IMG/VR virus record: IMGVR_UViG_3300044618_002075
Span: 2,482-66,481 of that record
Reading direction: 5' to 3' (one strand)
DNA length: 64,000 bases
Source of the DNA: a virus
Notes under the pieces: generated by a model
Told to the model about the DNA's origin: nothing
The model's database searches: none
The model's input: only the letters and a program-made list of their open reading frames with translations
Part shown: positions 55,121 to 63,745 of the stretch, piece by piece
Position numbering within the stretch: position 1 is the stretch's first letter
Layout of the letters: each line of letters opens with the position of its first letter
Translations under genes and position numbers: made by a program

Positions 55121-57610
55121 TTACTCCTTGGGTGCCGACGGGCGACGCGGCTGCTGTGCTGCCCGTTGCGCTTGCTGCGCCGCCTTCAGCATGCCTGCCT
55201 GGGCCTGCTGACGCATCCTCTGCTGGTGGGCCTGCTCCTTGTGCGTCAGCTCCTGCTGCGCCCGTGCGGCCTGCAACTGTGGGGACTCACCCTGGTTCTT
55301 TTGCGCTTCGAGCGCGAGGCGGGCTTGCTCAAGCTGCAGCTTGGCCTTGCCAAGCTCGAAGTCCCGCTGGCTGTCGGCGTCCTTGCGGTTGCTGTCGCGC
55401 TCCTTCAACTGCAGCTCCATCTGCTGCATCTGGAGCACCGGGTCCATGGCCTGCTGTTGAGCCTGCTGCTGTGCCGCCATCGCTTGGTTCTGCACCATGG
55501 TGCGCTGGGCGGCAGCGGCGATGAGGGGCGCGATGGCCTTCTCGTCCTCGGGGGCCACCGGGGTGTCGCCTGCCTCGTCGAGCGGGGGCAGGGGCACGCC
55601 AAGCTGCATCTCGATCTGTGCTCGGTACGCGAACGCGGTGTGCTCTGCGATGTGCGCCATGAGCGAGGCCATCATCTGCTGCGCCATCGGGTTCTGGCCC
55701 AGGACGGCGGCGATCTTCGGATCCTGCATGAACGCTTGGTGCGTGGCGATGTGTGCCTCATGGTCCTGATACGCGAAGGCCTTCAGGGGGCGCATGCGCA
55801 GGACGTCCATGTTCTCCGTGACGGGGTCACGGGGCTTCTGGTCCTCGGGCGTGGCCACGAGCCGCTCGGCGTTCTTGATCCCCAGCACCTCCAGCATCTG
55901 CCGGTGGAGGTAGGGCAGGTCGTAGATCTGCGGGGCGCCTTGCGCGAGCTGCAGCGCCGCTTGGTACTGCATGATCCGCTGGGCCATCGTGGCCGCGTTC
56001 GGATCGCTGACGGGGATGACCTCGACGACGTCGTAGTCCGCCTGCTTGGCTCGCCGGTTGCCGCCCTCGGGCGTGTACGGATAGTCGGCTGGCAGGTAGT
56101 CCTTGATGATGCGCTTGAGGAGCTTGAACTCGCGCTTCAGGCTGTCGTGGACCCGGGCCTGGACGGCTGACATTGTCTTGAGCTGGCGCTCCAGGATGGC
56201 AAGGGTCGTGCCCACGGGCGCCTGGGCGGACATGTCGCTGATCTTCAGATCTGCGATAGCTGCGAGCCTGCGGCCCTCCTCCGTGATGCGCTCCAGCAGC
56301 GCGGCCAGCACCTGCGACGGCTCCTTGTAGGGCAGCGGCATGATGTTGTCGCGCACAGCCCCTGCCGGGATGTCCACATCCCGCCATTCACCCGGAGCGA
56401 TGGGCGTGTCGTCGCCCTTGATGCGCAGACCTCGGGCCTTGAGCCCCCCGGGCAGGTTGCTCAGCGTGCCTGCGTCCACCAGTTGCCGGATGATGCTCGT
56501 GCCTGCCCGCGCGTAGCCGCCGACGAGGTGGATGAACCCGAGGCCGTAGGCCCCGAACCCGGGGACGTACGTGTACTGCACGAAGTGCTGGCGCTTCATG
56601 CGCAGTGCGTCGTCCTCTTCCCAGTTGCGCCGGATGGCCAGGACGTTGTTCGTACCGCGCTCGATGGTCACCACGTACGGCAGGGCCACGCCGTCTTCGT
56701 CCTCGTCCCCGGGCATCTCCCAGTCGATGTGGACCTCAAGGATCTGATACCGGTCGTCCTCCGTGAGGGAGAACCCCTGGTCCTCGGCCTTCTTCTTCTC
56801 GATGTCGGAGTGGAAGCGCACCGGTTCGCCCAGGTCGATGTCGCGGTAGAACCCCGCGACCTGCAAGCGCTTGAGGTCGTTCTTGGTCTTGCGCATGACG
56901 TGCGTCACGCGCTCAGCGGTGTACACGTTGGCCGCGCCGTAGGGAATGATCAGGTCTTCCGCAGGCACGTAGGGCGCGTCGGGCAGCTCCGTGGCGGGGT
57001 TCGGATACACCTTCTTGAACGCAGCGCCGATCAGGCCCAGGCTGAACAGCAGGCGCTCGTGCTCCGGGCGGTAGTCGATCATGCGCTCGGTGAGCGTGTA
57101 GTTCATGTCCTCCCTGACGCGCTCTGCGGCCTCCTCCTTGGGCTTGGTGATCTCGCCCACGATCTTGGTCTTCACCGGCCCCTGGGCCGGGAACGTCTCG
57201 GTGATCATCTCTGACTGGAACCTGACAGCGGCCTCGGTCAGGAGGGGGCTGTACACGCCGCAGGCGCCCGACCAAGGCTCCGTGCGCTCCTCGTACTTCA
57301 TCCCCAAGACCTCCAGCCCCTTGACGTACATCTCGACCCAGTCCTTGCGGCTGGTGATGTCCGCGTCCACCAGGGCCACGATGTCGCTGGCCAGCGTCTG
57401 CAGAGCGCTCTCGTCCATGGACTCCGCGAGGTTGTCACCGAACTCCTGCGGGCCTTCGCTCCCGGGCTCCAGGGTGATCTCCAGGCCGTCTACGCCGACC
57501 GTGACGCTGTCGGGGTTCTCGACCTCAATCTCGATGCCGCCCATTTCTTGGACGTCAGCTTCCAGCCCCACAGGGGCGGCATACAGCGCCTTGTCGATAT
57601 TCGTTGCCAT
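55121..57610 (-). CDS. portal protein
   Basis: 829 aa after terminase; PLLTEAAVRFQ, GAAFKKVY, YGLG, DAGTLSNLP, Gln-rich C-terminus. Confidence 0.88.
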   Translation of the reverse strand: MATNIDKALYAAPVGLEADVQEMGGIEIEVENPDSVTVGVDGLEITLEPGSEGPQEFGDNLAESMDESALQTLASDIVALVDADITSRKDWVEMYVKGLEVLGMKYEERTEPWSGACGVYSPLLTEAAVRFQSEMITETFPAQGPVKTKIVGEITKPKEEAAERVREDMNYTLTERMIDYRPEHERLLFSLGLIGAAFKKVYPNPATELPDAPYVPAEDLIIPYGAANVYTAERVTHVMRKTKNDLKRLQVAGFYRDIDLGEPVRFHSDIEKKKAEDQGFSLTEDDRYQILEVHIDWEMPGDEDEDGVALPYVVTIERGTNNVLAIRRNWEEDDALRMKRQHFVQYTYVPGFGAYGLGFIHLVGGYARAGTSIIRQLVDAGTLSNLPGGLKARGLRIKGDDTPIAPGEWRDVDIPAGAVRDNIMPLPYKEPSQVLAALLERITEEGRRLAAIADLKISDMSAQAPVGTTLAILERQLKTMSAVQARVHDSLKREFKLLKRIIKDYLPADYPYTPEGGNRRAKQADYDVVEVIPVSDPNAATMAQRIMQYQAALQLAQGAPQIYDLPYLHRQMLEVLGIKNAERLVATPEDQKPRDPVTENMDVLRMRPLKAFAYQDHEAHIATHQAFMQDPKIAAVLGQNPMAQQMMASLMAHIAEHTAFAYRAQIEMQLGVPLPPLDEAGDTPVAPEDEKAIAPLIAAAAQRTMVQNQAMAAQQQAQQQAMDPVLQMQQMELQLKERDSNRKDADSQRDFELGKAKLQLEQARLALEAQKNQGESPQLQAARAQQELTHKEQAHQQRMRQQAQAGMLKAAQQAQRAAQQPRRPSAPKE

Positions 57611-57619
57611 GATGTGTCC

Positions 57620-59173
57620 TTAGTAATACGCCGCCCTGCGGCTGCTGCGGAACTCGCGCGGCTCTTCAGGCTCGTCTGACGGCAGGCGGATGAAGCCGCC
57701 CTGGCGCACGCGCATGAGCGCCTGCGTGCAAGTATCGACGTAGTCGTCGTGTTCACCAGCGGGGAAGGCTGCGACCTCCTCGATGACCTCGCGTGCCCAG
57801 CGTGTGTCTGGCGCCCACACGCGCCCGGATGCGAACATGTCCGAGACCGCGTTCAACCGCACGACCTTGTCGTTAGACTGGTTGGCCTTGCCACGTGAGG
57901 GGCTGAACTCGCTGAGCGGTATGCCCAACGCACGCAGCTCCTGAATGAGCGGTGCGCCAGCGGCCTTCTTCTCGATCAGGCACGCGTCAGGCTCCCACTC
58001 ACTGTAGTACTCAATCGCGCGTTTCTTCAGGTCAGGGAACGCCCAGCGCCCCTTGATGGCGTCGAGCAGGATGATATGCGCGTTGTCGTTGTCCTCCTCG
58101 TTGAACCACACACCCCACGTTGTGCAGGCGCTGTAGTCAGCGGAGGTCTTCGTCTCGTGCGCAGTGTCCCACGACTGGATGATGTACTCGCACTTCGGCG
58201 GCTTCTCAGGCTCCCAGATACGCCAAGACTCGCGTTTGATGACCGCCGCGACCTCAGAGGTGGGGTTCTGTATGTACTGCGCCTGCCAGAAGCGCGGGTC
58301 CATGCCCGCACGTTTGGCTTGCAACTCGGCAAGCGGCCACTGCTCAGGCCACAAACTCTTCTCTTCAGGCGTGTGCTCGTTGAGGATGGCAGGAAGCTCG
58401 ACAATCTCCCACTTGTCAGCATCAGGATTCTTGATCTGATGCTTGATGAGCATGCCTGTCAGGTCAATCTCGCTCCACCTCGTCATGATGACGATGATCG
58501 CACCCCCTGGCATCAAGCGCTGGAGTGGACCGGTCTGAAACCAGTTCCACGCCGCATCAAAAGGCGTGCGTGTGCCCGCCTTGATGTCCTGTTCTGAGTG
58601 CGGATCGTCAATGACGAACAAGTCCGCGCCCCGGCCTGCGATGCTGCCACCTACACCGACCGCGTAGTACTGCCCACCCTCGGTCGTAGACCACTTTCCT
58701 GCCGCTTTTTGGTCCTCAGAAACCGCCGTTTTGGGAAAAATGGGCGTGTAGACGTCTGTTGCGATGAGGTTTTTGATCCGACGCCCGTAGTCCTCTGAAA
58801 GAGACGCAGTATGCGTTCCCATGATGACCTTTTTGTGCGGAAACTTGCCCAAAAAGTAGGCGGGAAACAGGTACGACGAGAACTCCGATTTGCCCATACG
58901 GGGCGCGATGTTAATAATTACGCGATGTTTGCGCCCGTTGACGATGTCGTCGAAGATTTTGCTCAGTACGCGGTGGTGGGCGCCTTCTTTGAACCCCGGA
59001 TAGACGCTATGCGCGAAGCCAACCACTGAATTTTGTGCGGCTTGCAGGCGGCTGCGCCTTTCCTTCTCTTCAAGAAGGTCAAAAAGCTCCATTTTTTCCT
59101 TGACGGACATGCGAGGAAGCGCTGCCGTGATGGCCTGTGCCTCTTGCGGGGTCAAGAAATCAGGTAGCTTCAT
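57620..59173 (-). CDS. terL: terminase large subunit
   Basis: APRMGKS, VIDDP, MTRW, SWDTA, HDDYVD. Confidence 0.95.
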   Translation of the reverse strand: MKLPDFLTPQEAQAITAALPRMSVKEKMELFDLLEEKERRSRLQAAQNSVVGFAHSVYPGFKEGAHHRVLSKIFDDIVNGRKHRVIINIAPRMGKSEFSSYLFPAYFLGKFPHKKVIMGTHTASLSEDYGRRIKNLIATDVYTPIFPKTAVSEDQKAAGKWSTTEGGQYYAVGVGGSIAGRGADLFVIDDPHSEQDIKAGTRTPFDAAWNWFQTGPLQRLMPGGAIIVIMTRWSEIDLTGMLIKHQIKNPDADKWEIVELPAILNEHTPEEKSLWPEQWPLAELQAKRAGMDPRFWQAQYIQNPTSEVAAVIKRESWRIWEPEKPPKCEYIIQSWDTAHETKTSADYSACTTWGVWFNEEDNDNAHIILLDAIKGRWAFPDLKKRAIEYYSEWEPDACLIEKKAAGAPLIQELRALGIPLSEFSPSRGKANQSNDKVVRLNAVSDMFASGRVWAPDTRWAREVIEEVAAFPAGEHDDYVDTCTQALMRVRQGGFIRLPSDEPEEPREFRSSRRAAYY

Positions 59174-59754
59174 GCTTGCGGCAACAAAACTGCGTCTGAG
59201 ACGGGCTGCGCGTCAACAACACCCATGAAGCGTGACAGCTTCTCCTTGATCTTGTCATCAAGTTCGGTGTCGGTGACGTTTGTCTTCTTGACCTCGACCC
59301 TGTCGGTAAAGAGCGCCACTTCAGTTACGCGTCCCAGTAGCTCCAATGCGCGCAGACGTATGCGTGCATCAGGGTGCTTGGTCTCTTCGACGATCTTGGC
59401 GACCGCGTAGCCACGGATCTCCTTGGCCTGCTCGACAAACTCCCAGTCGTAGGCGGTCAGCATCCCTGTCAGGTGCTGCACCGCAGCCGGGGTCTTCAGC
59501 GCCAGCAGGCGCTCCTTCTGGGCTTTCTCTGGCGTATCGGGCGCAACGACTGCAGCGAACGCACTCTGAGCCATTGCCGCAGCGTTCTGGGCCTCGGTAG
59601 AGGCTGCCGTGGGTGCCCCCAGGCTGGCCAGCCAGTCGGCGGTGCCGTGCTGCGCGTTGATGACCTGAACAGGCGTGGCTTTGTCCACATCCAACACGGC
59701 ACTGGGCGTGTGGGTCACTACCTCGGGTTCGAAGTCCAGTAGGTGTTCAAGCAT
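59170..59754 (-). CDS. putative terminase small subunit
   Basis: Directly upstream of terL with ATGA overlap; RLRALELLG. Confidence 0.65.
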   Translation of the reverse strand: MLEHLLDFEPEVVTHTPSAVLDVDKATPVQVINAQHGTADWLASLGAPTAASTEAQNAAAMAQSAFAAVVAPDTPEKAQKERLLALKTPAAVQHLTGMLTAYDWEFVEQAKEIRGYAVAKIVEETKHPDARIRLRALELLGRVTEVALFTDRVEVKKTNVTDTELDDKIKEKLSRFMGVVDAQPVSDAVLLPQA

Positions 59755-59813
59755 GTTTGTGCGCAAGGCGCAGAGAAACGGCGCCTGATGAGCGCGGAGT
59801 GTATACTTAGGTG

Positions 59814-59890
59814 GCTTGCTGCTGCAAGCATGCTTGTCTCCTTTCGCCGGGATGTCCCGGCTTGACCCGGGCTGGTGCCCGGGTTTTTTT
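59814..59890 (+). ncRNA. candidate anti-Shine-Dalgarno small RNA
   Basis: TATACT at 59802-59807; hairpin, 16-nt unpaired ATGCTTGTCTCCTTTC, hairpin, terminator hairpin + T7. Confidence 0.6.
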
Positions 59891-59900
59891 ATTTGTGCAT

Positions 59901-59953
59901 GTAAAGGATTTGACAAAACATATTTATTTTTTGTAGTAAAGGATTTGACAAAA
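59901..59953. repeat. 18-bp direct repeat in AT-rich intergenic region
   Basis: GTAAAGGATTTGACAAAA at 59901-59918 and 59936-59953. Confidence 0.9.
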
Positions 59954-60136
59954 TACCTTTGTATTTTGCAATTTTTGGTTGTGAAAAATTAAATGCGCTG
60001 CGGCGGCAGTTTGTAAAAAATGCGTAGTGTGGTTGTGGATCAGTGTTCATATAACCACGCTACCTCGCTGCACAGTTTGGGGCTCCCCGGGTAGGGTGGG
60101 TCTGCTGCCAGCCAATTACCGATGCCCAGATACCCT

Positions 60137-60147
60137 TGTGGTAAAAT
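60137..60147 (+). promoter_or_regulatory. putative extended -10 early promoter
   Basis: TGTG-G-TAAAAT upstream of the first early gene. Confidence 0.55.
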
Positions 60148-60237
60148 AGACGTGTCGGTTGGGGATTCGCCCATCGACGTTTCGCTGCAGTCGCAGCATC
60201 GTGAAGTAGGACACGTTGTCCTAGTTGGAGTAGCAAC

Positions 60238-60684
60238 ATGAAGACGCAACAATTCAAGGCCGCCCTCGCTCGTTTCGTGAAGAAGCAGGGTGATATCGTC
60301 GCAACGCTGCGGCAGGATGCCGTGGATGCGGGTTTCACCACCTGGGAAGCATGCAAGCCCGTGGTGCTGGCCTTCATCAGTGAGAAGTACGGATGCCCCA
60401 TCGTGACCAGCACGTCCAACAACAACCGTGGGCAGGAAGTGCTGGACAGCACGCACTCGAAGTACGAGGCAGCGCTGCAAGCGTTCAAACGCGTGAAGGA
60501 GTCGCTGTGCGGCGATGCGGACAAGCCCGTGCGCAGCTTCAAGCGGGTGCCTGCACCCGTGAGGGCGCGGGTCGTGAAGGACACGACGGCGACGATGGTT
60601 GCCGCCGCCATCGCGGCAGGCCTGACGAAGGCCGAGCTGGCCGAAGTCCTGAAGGCCGTCAAGGCCGGCATTTCCTTCGAGTGA
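60238..60684 (+). CDS. hypothetical early protein
   Basis: GGAG RBS abutting a palindrome; strong codon bias. Confidence 0.8.
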   Translation: MKTQQFKAALARFVKKQGDIVATLRQDAVDAGFTTWEACKPVVLAFISEKYGCPIVTSTSNNNRGQEVLDSTHSKYEAALQAFKRVKESLCGDADKPVRSFKRVPAPVRARVVKDTTATMVAAAIAAGLTKAELAEVLKAVKAGISFE

Positions 60685-60748
60685 GGGTTCAACTAGGACA
60701 CGTTGTCCTAGTTGCCGCTACGAGCGTAGCGGGCAGGCTTGTGCCTGC

Positions 60749-61177
60749 CCAGTGCGCTTGATGCCTGCGTCGCAGGCGGCGTGCTGTTGGAGAGTGTGAT
60801 GGAGCTGTTTCAAAAGGATACCCAGGCGTGGCGGACCTACCGCCGCTTCGCGCTGCAGGGCAGCGCTTGGCTGCGCGGCCTCAACCGCGCGGAGCAGAAC
60901 TTCGTTCTGGGAGGTGCGCTGTACGCGACCCCCGAAGAGGCGGTGAAACGCCTCGGCATCGAGGCCGGCAGACCGGCTCGCTTGGTGCGCACTGCGCACC
61001 GGCGCTGCAGCGCCACATGGGCCGCGCTAGGTGCGGCGTTCGTCGAGGCCACGACGCCAAAGACCTGACGAATGCAACTAGGACGGGTTGTCCTAGTTGA
61101 GCGCACTGGCCTGCCTTCGGGCAGGCCAGTGCGCTTGATGCCTGCGTCGCAGGCGGCGTGCTGTTGGAGAGTGTGAT
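60749..61177. repeat. 52-bp exact direct repeat (two copies) containing a hairpin and RBS
   Basis: 60749-60800 = 61126-61177. Confidence 0.9.
60799..61068 (+). CDS. hypothetical early protein
   Basis: GGAG RBS, bounded by palindromes. Confidence 0.6.
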   Translation: MELFQKDTQAWRTYRRFALQGSAWLRGLNRAEQNFVLGGALYATPEEAVKRLGIEAGRPARLVRTAHRRCSATWAALGAAFVEATTPKT

Positions 61178-61178
61178 C

Positions 61179-61460
61179 ATGCGTAAGTTTCGTGTCGTAG
61201 CCGTGCTGGACCCCCAGCACTTCACCCGCTGCTTCTCCATTCATGGGGCGCTGATGCGCCCCCATAAGGGGGAGATCTACCGCAGCCTCCGGGCTGCGGA
61301 GGCCTATGCCCAACAATGTGCATTGTCGGGATGGTGCGCCTTCATCGTGCGGCGCACCCGCACGGGCTGGGCGCCCGTAGTGACTGCTGCGCCCACCATC
61401 CTCGGCGAAGAGCAAGCCGTGGCGTGGAGCGACATGCGCCGCGCGCGAATGAGTTGGTGA
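61179..61460 (+). CDS. hypothetical early protein
   Basis: GGAG RBS, bounded by palindromes. Confidence 0.6.
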   Translation: MRKFRVVAVLDPQHFTRCFSIHGALMRPHKGEIYRSLRAAEAYAQQCALSGWCAFIVRRTRTGWAPVVTAAPTILGEEQAVAWSDMRRARMSW

Positions 61461-61986
61461 GCATGACCAACTAGGACAACCCGTCCTAGTTCCGCTACCG
61501 AGCGTAGCGGGCAGGCTTGTGCCTGCCCAGCGCGCTTGAAGTTCCACATCGTGGGAAATAATTTCACATTATGGAACGTGTGGTAGTTGTCCCGCACCTA
61601 GCGTGCGTTGGGTAGCACTTCGGACGCTGCAAGTCCTTGATCCGTAAAGCTTTCTTATTTATTATTGGATGAATGATGTCTTATATATACGTATATAGAG
61701 CTGGGAATTTTCTTTTTTGAAAATGCAAGCCGGAATTCCGGAAATCTTTTTCCAGTCCTGTCCTAAGAGATACACTCCTACAAAAGTAGACATCTGGCCA
61801 CGAATCGGATTTCTCAATGCTGACAACGCTACTTAGCGTCCAATGTTGCGTCCACTTCGTCGTGTGTCTGGGACATTCCCGGGTTTTGCTGGACGCAAAC
61901 CTTACACGAAACTTACGCCTGCCCAACTAGGACAGCCCGTCCTAGTTCAACCCCGGGGCACACGCCCCACAGAAAGGAGCTTTCCC

Positions 61987-62604
61987 GTGTACTACGAACG
62001 CTTTTTAACGAAGGCAGACTGCCCGCGCTGCGGGCAGGCACGCCCGCTGCACGAATTTCGGAAGTGGTGGGGACCGAAGCGCATGCTGCGCACGCTCTGC
62101 GTGCATTGCGAGCCCGAGAAATCCCTCGAGGAAATGTCCCCGGAGGAGCGCATCACTGCGCTCGACCAGCAGCGTGCCTACGTCACGCCTGTCCGTGTGG
62201 CGCGCCTCAATGAGGCGGACGCCATGGCGGCCAAGCAGCACCGGTCAACGGGGACGAGGCGGCGCCACGCTGCCGAGCGTGTGCGTGCGTGGTCTCCCAC
62301 GCTCAAGGTCTTGAGGGCTGAGCGCTTGTGGGCGCAGCAGCATGCTGCGGACCCGGCGTCGCCTGCCTGGGGGAGGTTCTTCGAGGCCTACGAGGCGGCC
62401 TTGACGGACGCCTTGCGGCGTGCTGTGGCTGCGCGTGGCAACGCGTCGCGCACGCCCTCGCGGATACAGCCCACGCCTGATCAGGCGGACCCCATGCACT
62501 GGCTGCATGACATCACTATCAACACGCTGCGGCGGCTCTACAGCGACTGCGCCCCTGTGCGTGGTCGCAAGCTGTACCGCGATCCACTGTTCTTGGCCAA
62601 CTAG
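61987..62604 (+). CDS. zinc-finger early protein
   Basis: GTG after GAAAGGAG; CPRC...CVHC; its TAG stop lies within the palindrome at 62599. Confidence 0.7.
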   Translation: MYYERFLTKADCPRCGQARPLHEFRKWWGPKRMLRTLCVHCEPEKSLEEMSPEERITALDQQRAYVTPVRVARLNEADAMAAKQHRSTGTRRRHAAERVRAWSPTLKVLRAERLWAQQHAADPASPAWGRFFEAYEAALTDALRRAVAARGNASRTPSRIQPTPDQADPMHWLHDITINTLRRLYSDCAPVRGRKLYRDPLFLAN

Positions 62605-62644
62605 GACGCGGTGTCCTAGTTAAACACTGAAGGAGAGAAGTGAA

Positions 62645-62998
62645 ATGGAAGTCTTGCATCTGGAGCAACGCGTCACCCACCGCTATGTGGGCACCTACAG
62701 CCACCTCGACGAATGGCAGGACGTCTGTTCCGCCCCGGTCATACTGACCCCTGGCAAACTGGTCAAACCCGGCAACGATTACGACGAGGGGAACACCTAC
62801 CTGCGCTGGGCTACGCTGCCGCGCCTGCCCCGGCGTGCTGACCGAACGCATGCTGCTGGCGCTCTGGAGGACATGCTCTCTAGCTGGGGCTGTCATCACG
62901 AGTACGACTGCTGTGGCTGCGCTTCGGTCAGCACCCGGGTGCTGCGTCGCAAAGGTCGGCGTGTGCTGCTGCGCACGACGGTTACTCGCAACTACTGA
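62645..62998 (+). CDS. hypothetical early protein
   Basis: GCHHEYDCCGC; repeated RBS. Confidence 0.75.
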   Translation: MEVLHLEQRVTHRYVGTYSHLDEWQDVCSAPVILTPGKLVKPGNDYDEGNTYLRWATLPRLPRRADRTHAAGALEDMLSSWGCHHEYDCCGCASVSTRVLRRKGRRVLLRTTVTRNY

Positions 62999-63012
62999 AG
63001 GAGAGAAGTGAA

Positions 63013-63195
63013 ATGACGGAAGTCTGGTACGTGCAGGGCGCAGACCCCGAGTCGCCCATGCCGGTGCTGTTCACCACCAAGCTGGCTGCAGAGATGTACG
63101 CTCGGCAAGTGTGGCCCGAAGCAGACCCCGACACGCGCTACGCGCGGATCTTCTACAGGTCCGTGTGGGAAGAGAAAGACCTGAAGCAGGCGTAG
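63013..63195 (+). CDS. hypothetical early protein
   Basis: Repeated RBS AAGGAGAGAAG. Confidence 0.7.
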   Translation: MTEVWYVQGADPESPMPVLFTTKLAAEMYARQVWPEADPDTRYARIFYRSVWEEKDLKQA

Positions 63196-63211
63196 CCTGG
63201 AAGGAACAGTC

Positions 63212-63292
63212 ATGAACATGCACCGTGACGACAAGCTGCTGCTCGCAGCATGCGCCATCCTTGCAGCACTGATGCTGCTGGGTATCATTTAA
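63212..63292 (+). CDS. 26-aa hydrophobic peptide
   Basis: MNMHRDDKLLLAACAILAALMLLGII after AAGGA. Confidence 0.55.
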   Translation: MNMHRDDKLLLAACAILAALMLLGII

Positions 63293-63356
63293 TTGAGGGG
63301 GCATCCCGCCCCCTGTTTCAACTAGGACATAATGTCCTACTTCAAGGAGAGAAGCA

Positions 63357-63581
63357 ATGAACGGACACAAGAACTGGAACCACTGGAACGTCAGCCTGTG
63401 GATCAACAACGACGCAGGGCTCCACAACGTAGCCCGCTACTTCGTGCGCAGCGCGGCCACCCGTGACATCGCAGCAAAGCGGATGCTTGAGCACCTGAAA
63501 ACGGAAGCAGGCACCACCCACACGCCTGATGGCGCACCGTACAGCGTAAGCAGCATCCGCGCTGCGATGGTCGACATGTAA
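63357..63581 (+). CDS. conserved early protein (NGxKNWxxWNVSLWINND family)
   Basis: Motif plus TPDG; repeated RBS. Confidence 0.75.
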   Translation: MNGHKNWNHWNVSLWINNDAGLHNVARYFVRSAATRDIAAKRMLEHLKTEAGTTHTPDGAPYSVSSIRAAMVDM

Positions 63582-63597
63582 TTCAAGGAGAGAAGCA

Positions 63598-63732
63598 ATG
63601 AGCGGAGTCCGCATCATCTACAACCGCATCCTCGGCGGTTGGTTCGTCGTGCGCGGAGCGCACCAGACGCCCCTCACCGGGCGCTTCGACACCAAGGCAG
63701 AAGCCATCGCATGGCTGTCCCGCAAGAACTGA
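63598..63732 (+). CDS. hypothetical early protein (44 aa)
   Basis: Manual translation; repeated RBS. Confidence 0.7.
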   Translation: MSGVRIIYNRILGGWFVVRGAHQTPLTGRFDTKAEAIAWLSRKN

Positions 63733-63745
63733 AAGGAGAGAAGCA

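Larger units (their letters stand above)
60204..63342. repeat. dispersed 23-bp palindromes (7 copies)
   Basis: Starts at 60204, 60691, 61076, 61469, 61925, 62599 and 63320. Confidence 0.95.

Noticed and set aside
60691-61539. Integron with attC sites
   Set aside because: No tyrosine recombinase in the window and I could not identify attC R/L box structure; kept only as an analogy
60204-63342. Palindromic repeats as a CRISPR array
   Set aside because: Spacing is 385-721 bp with whole genes in between and there is no cas operon; the Cas4-like nuclease sits in the replication module
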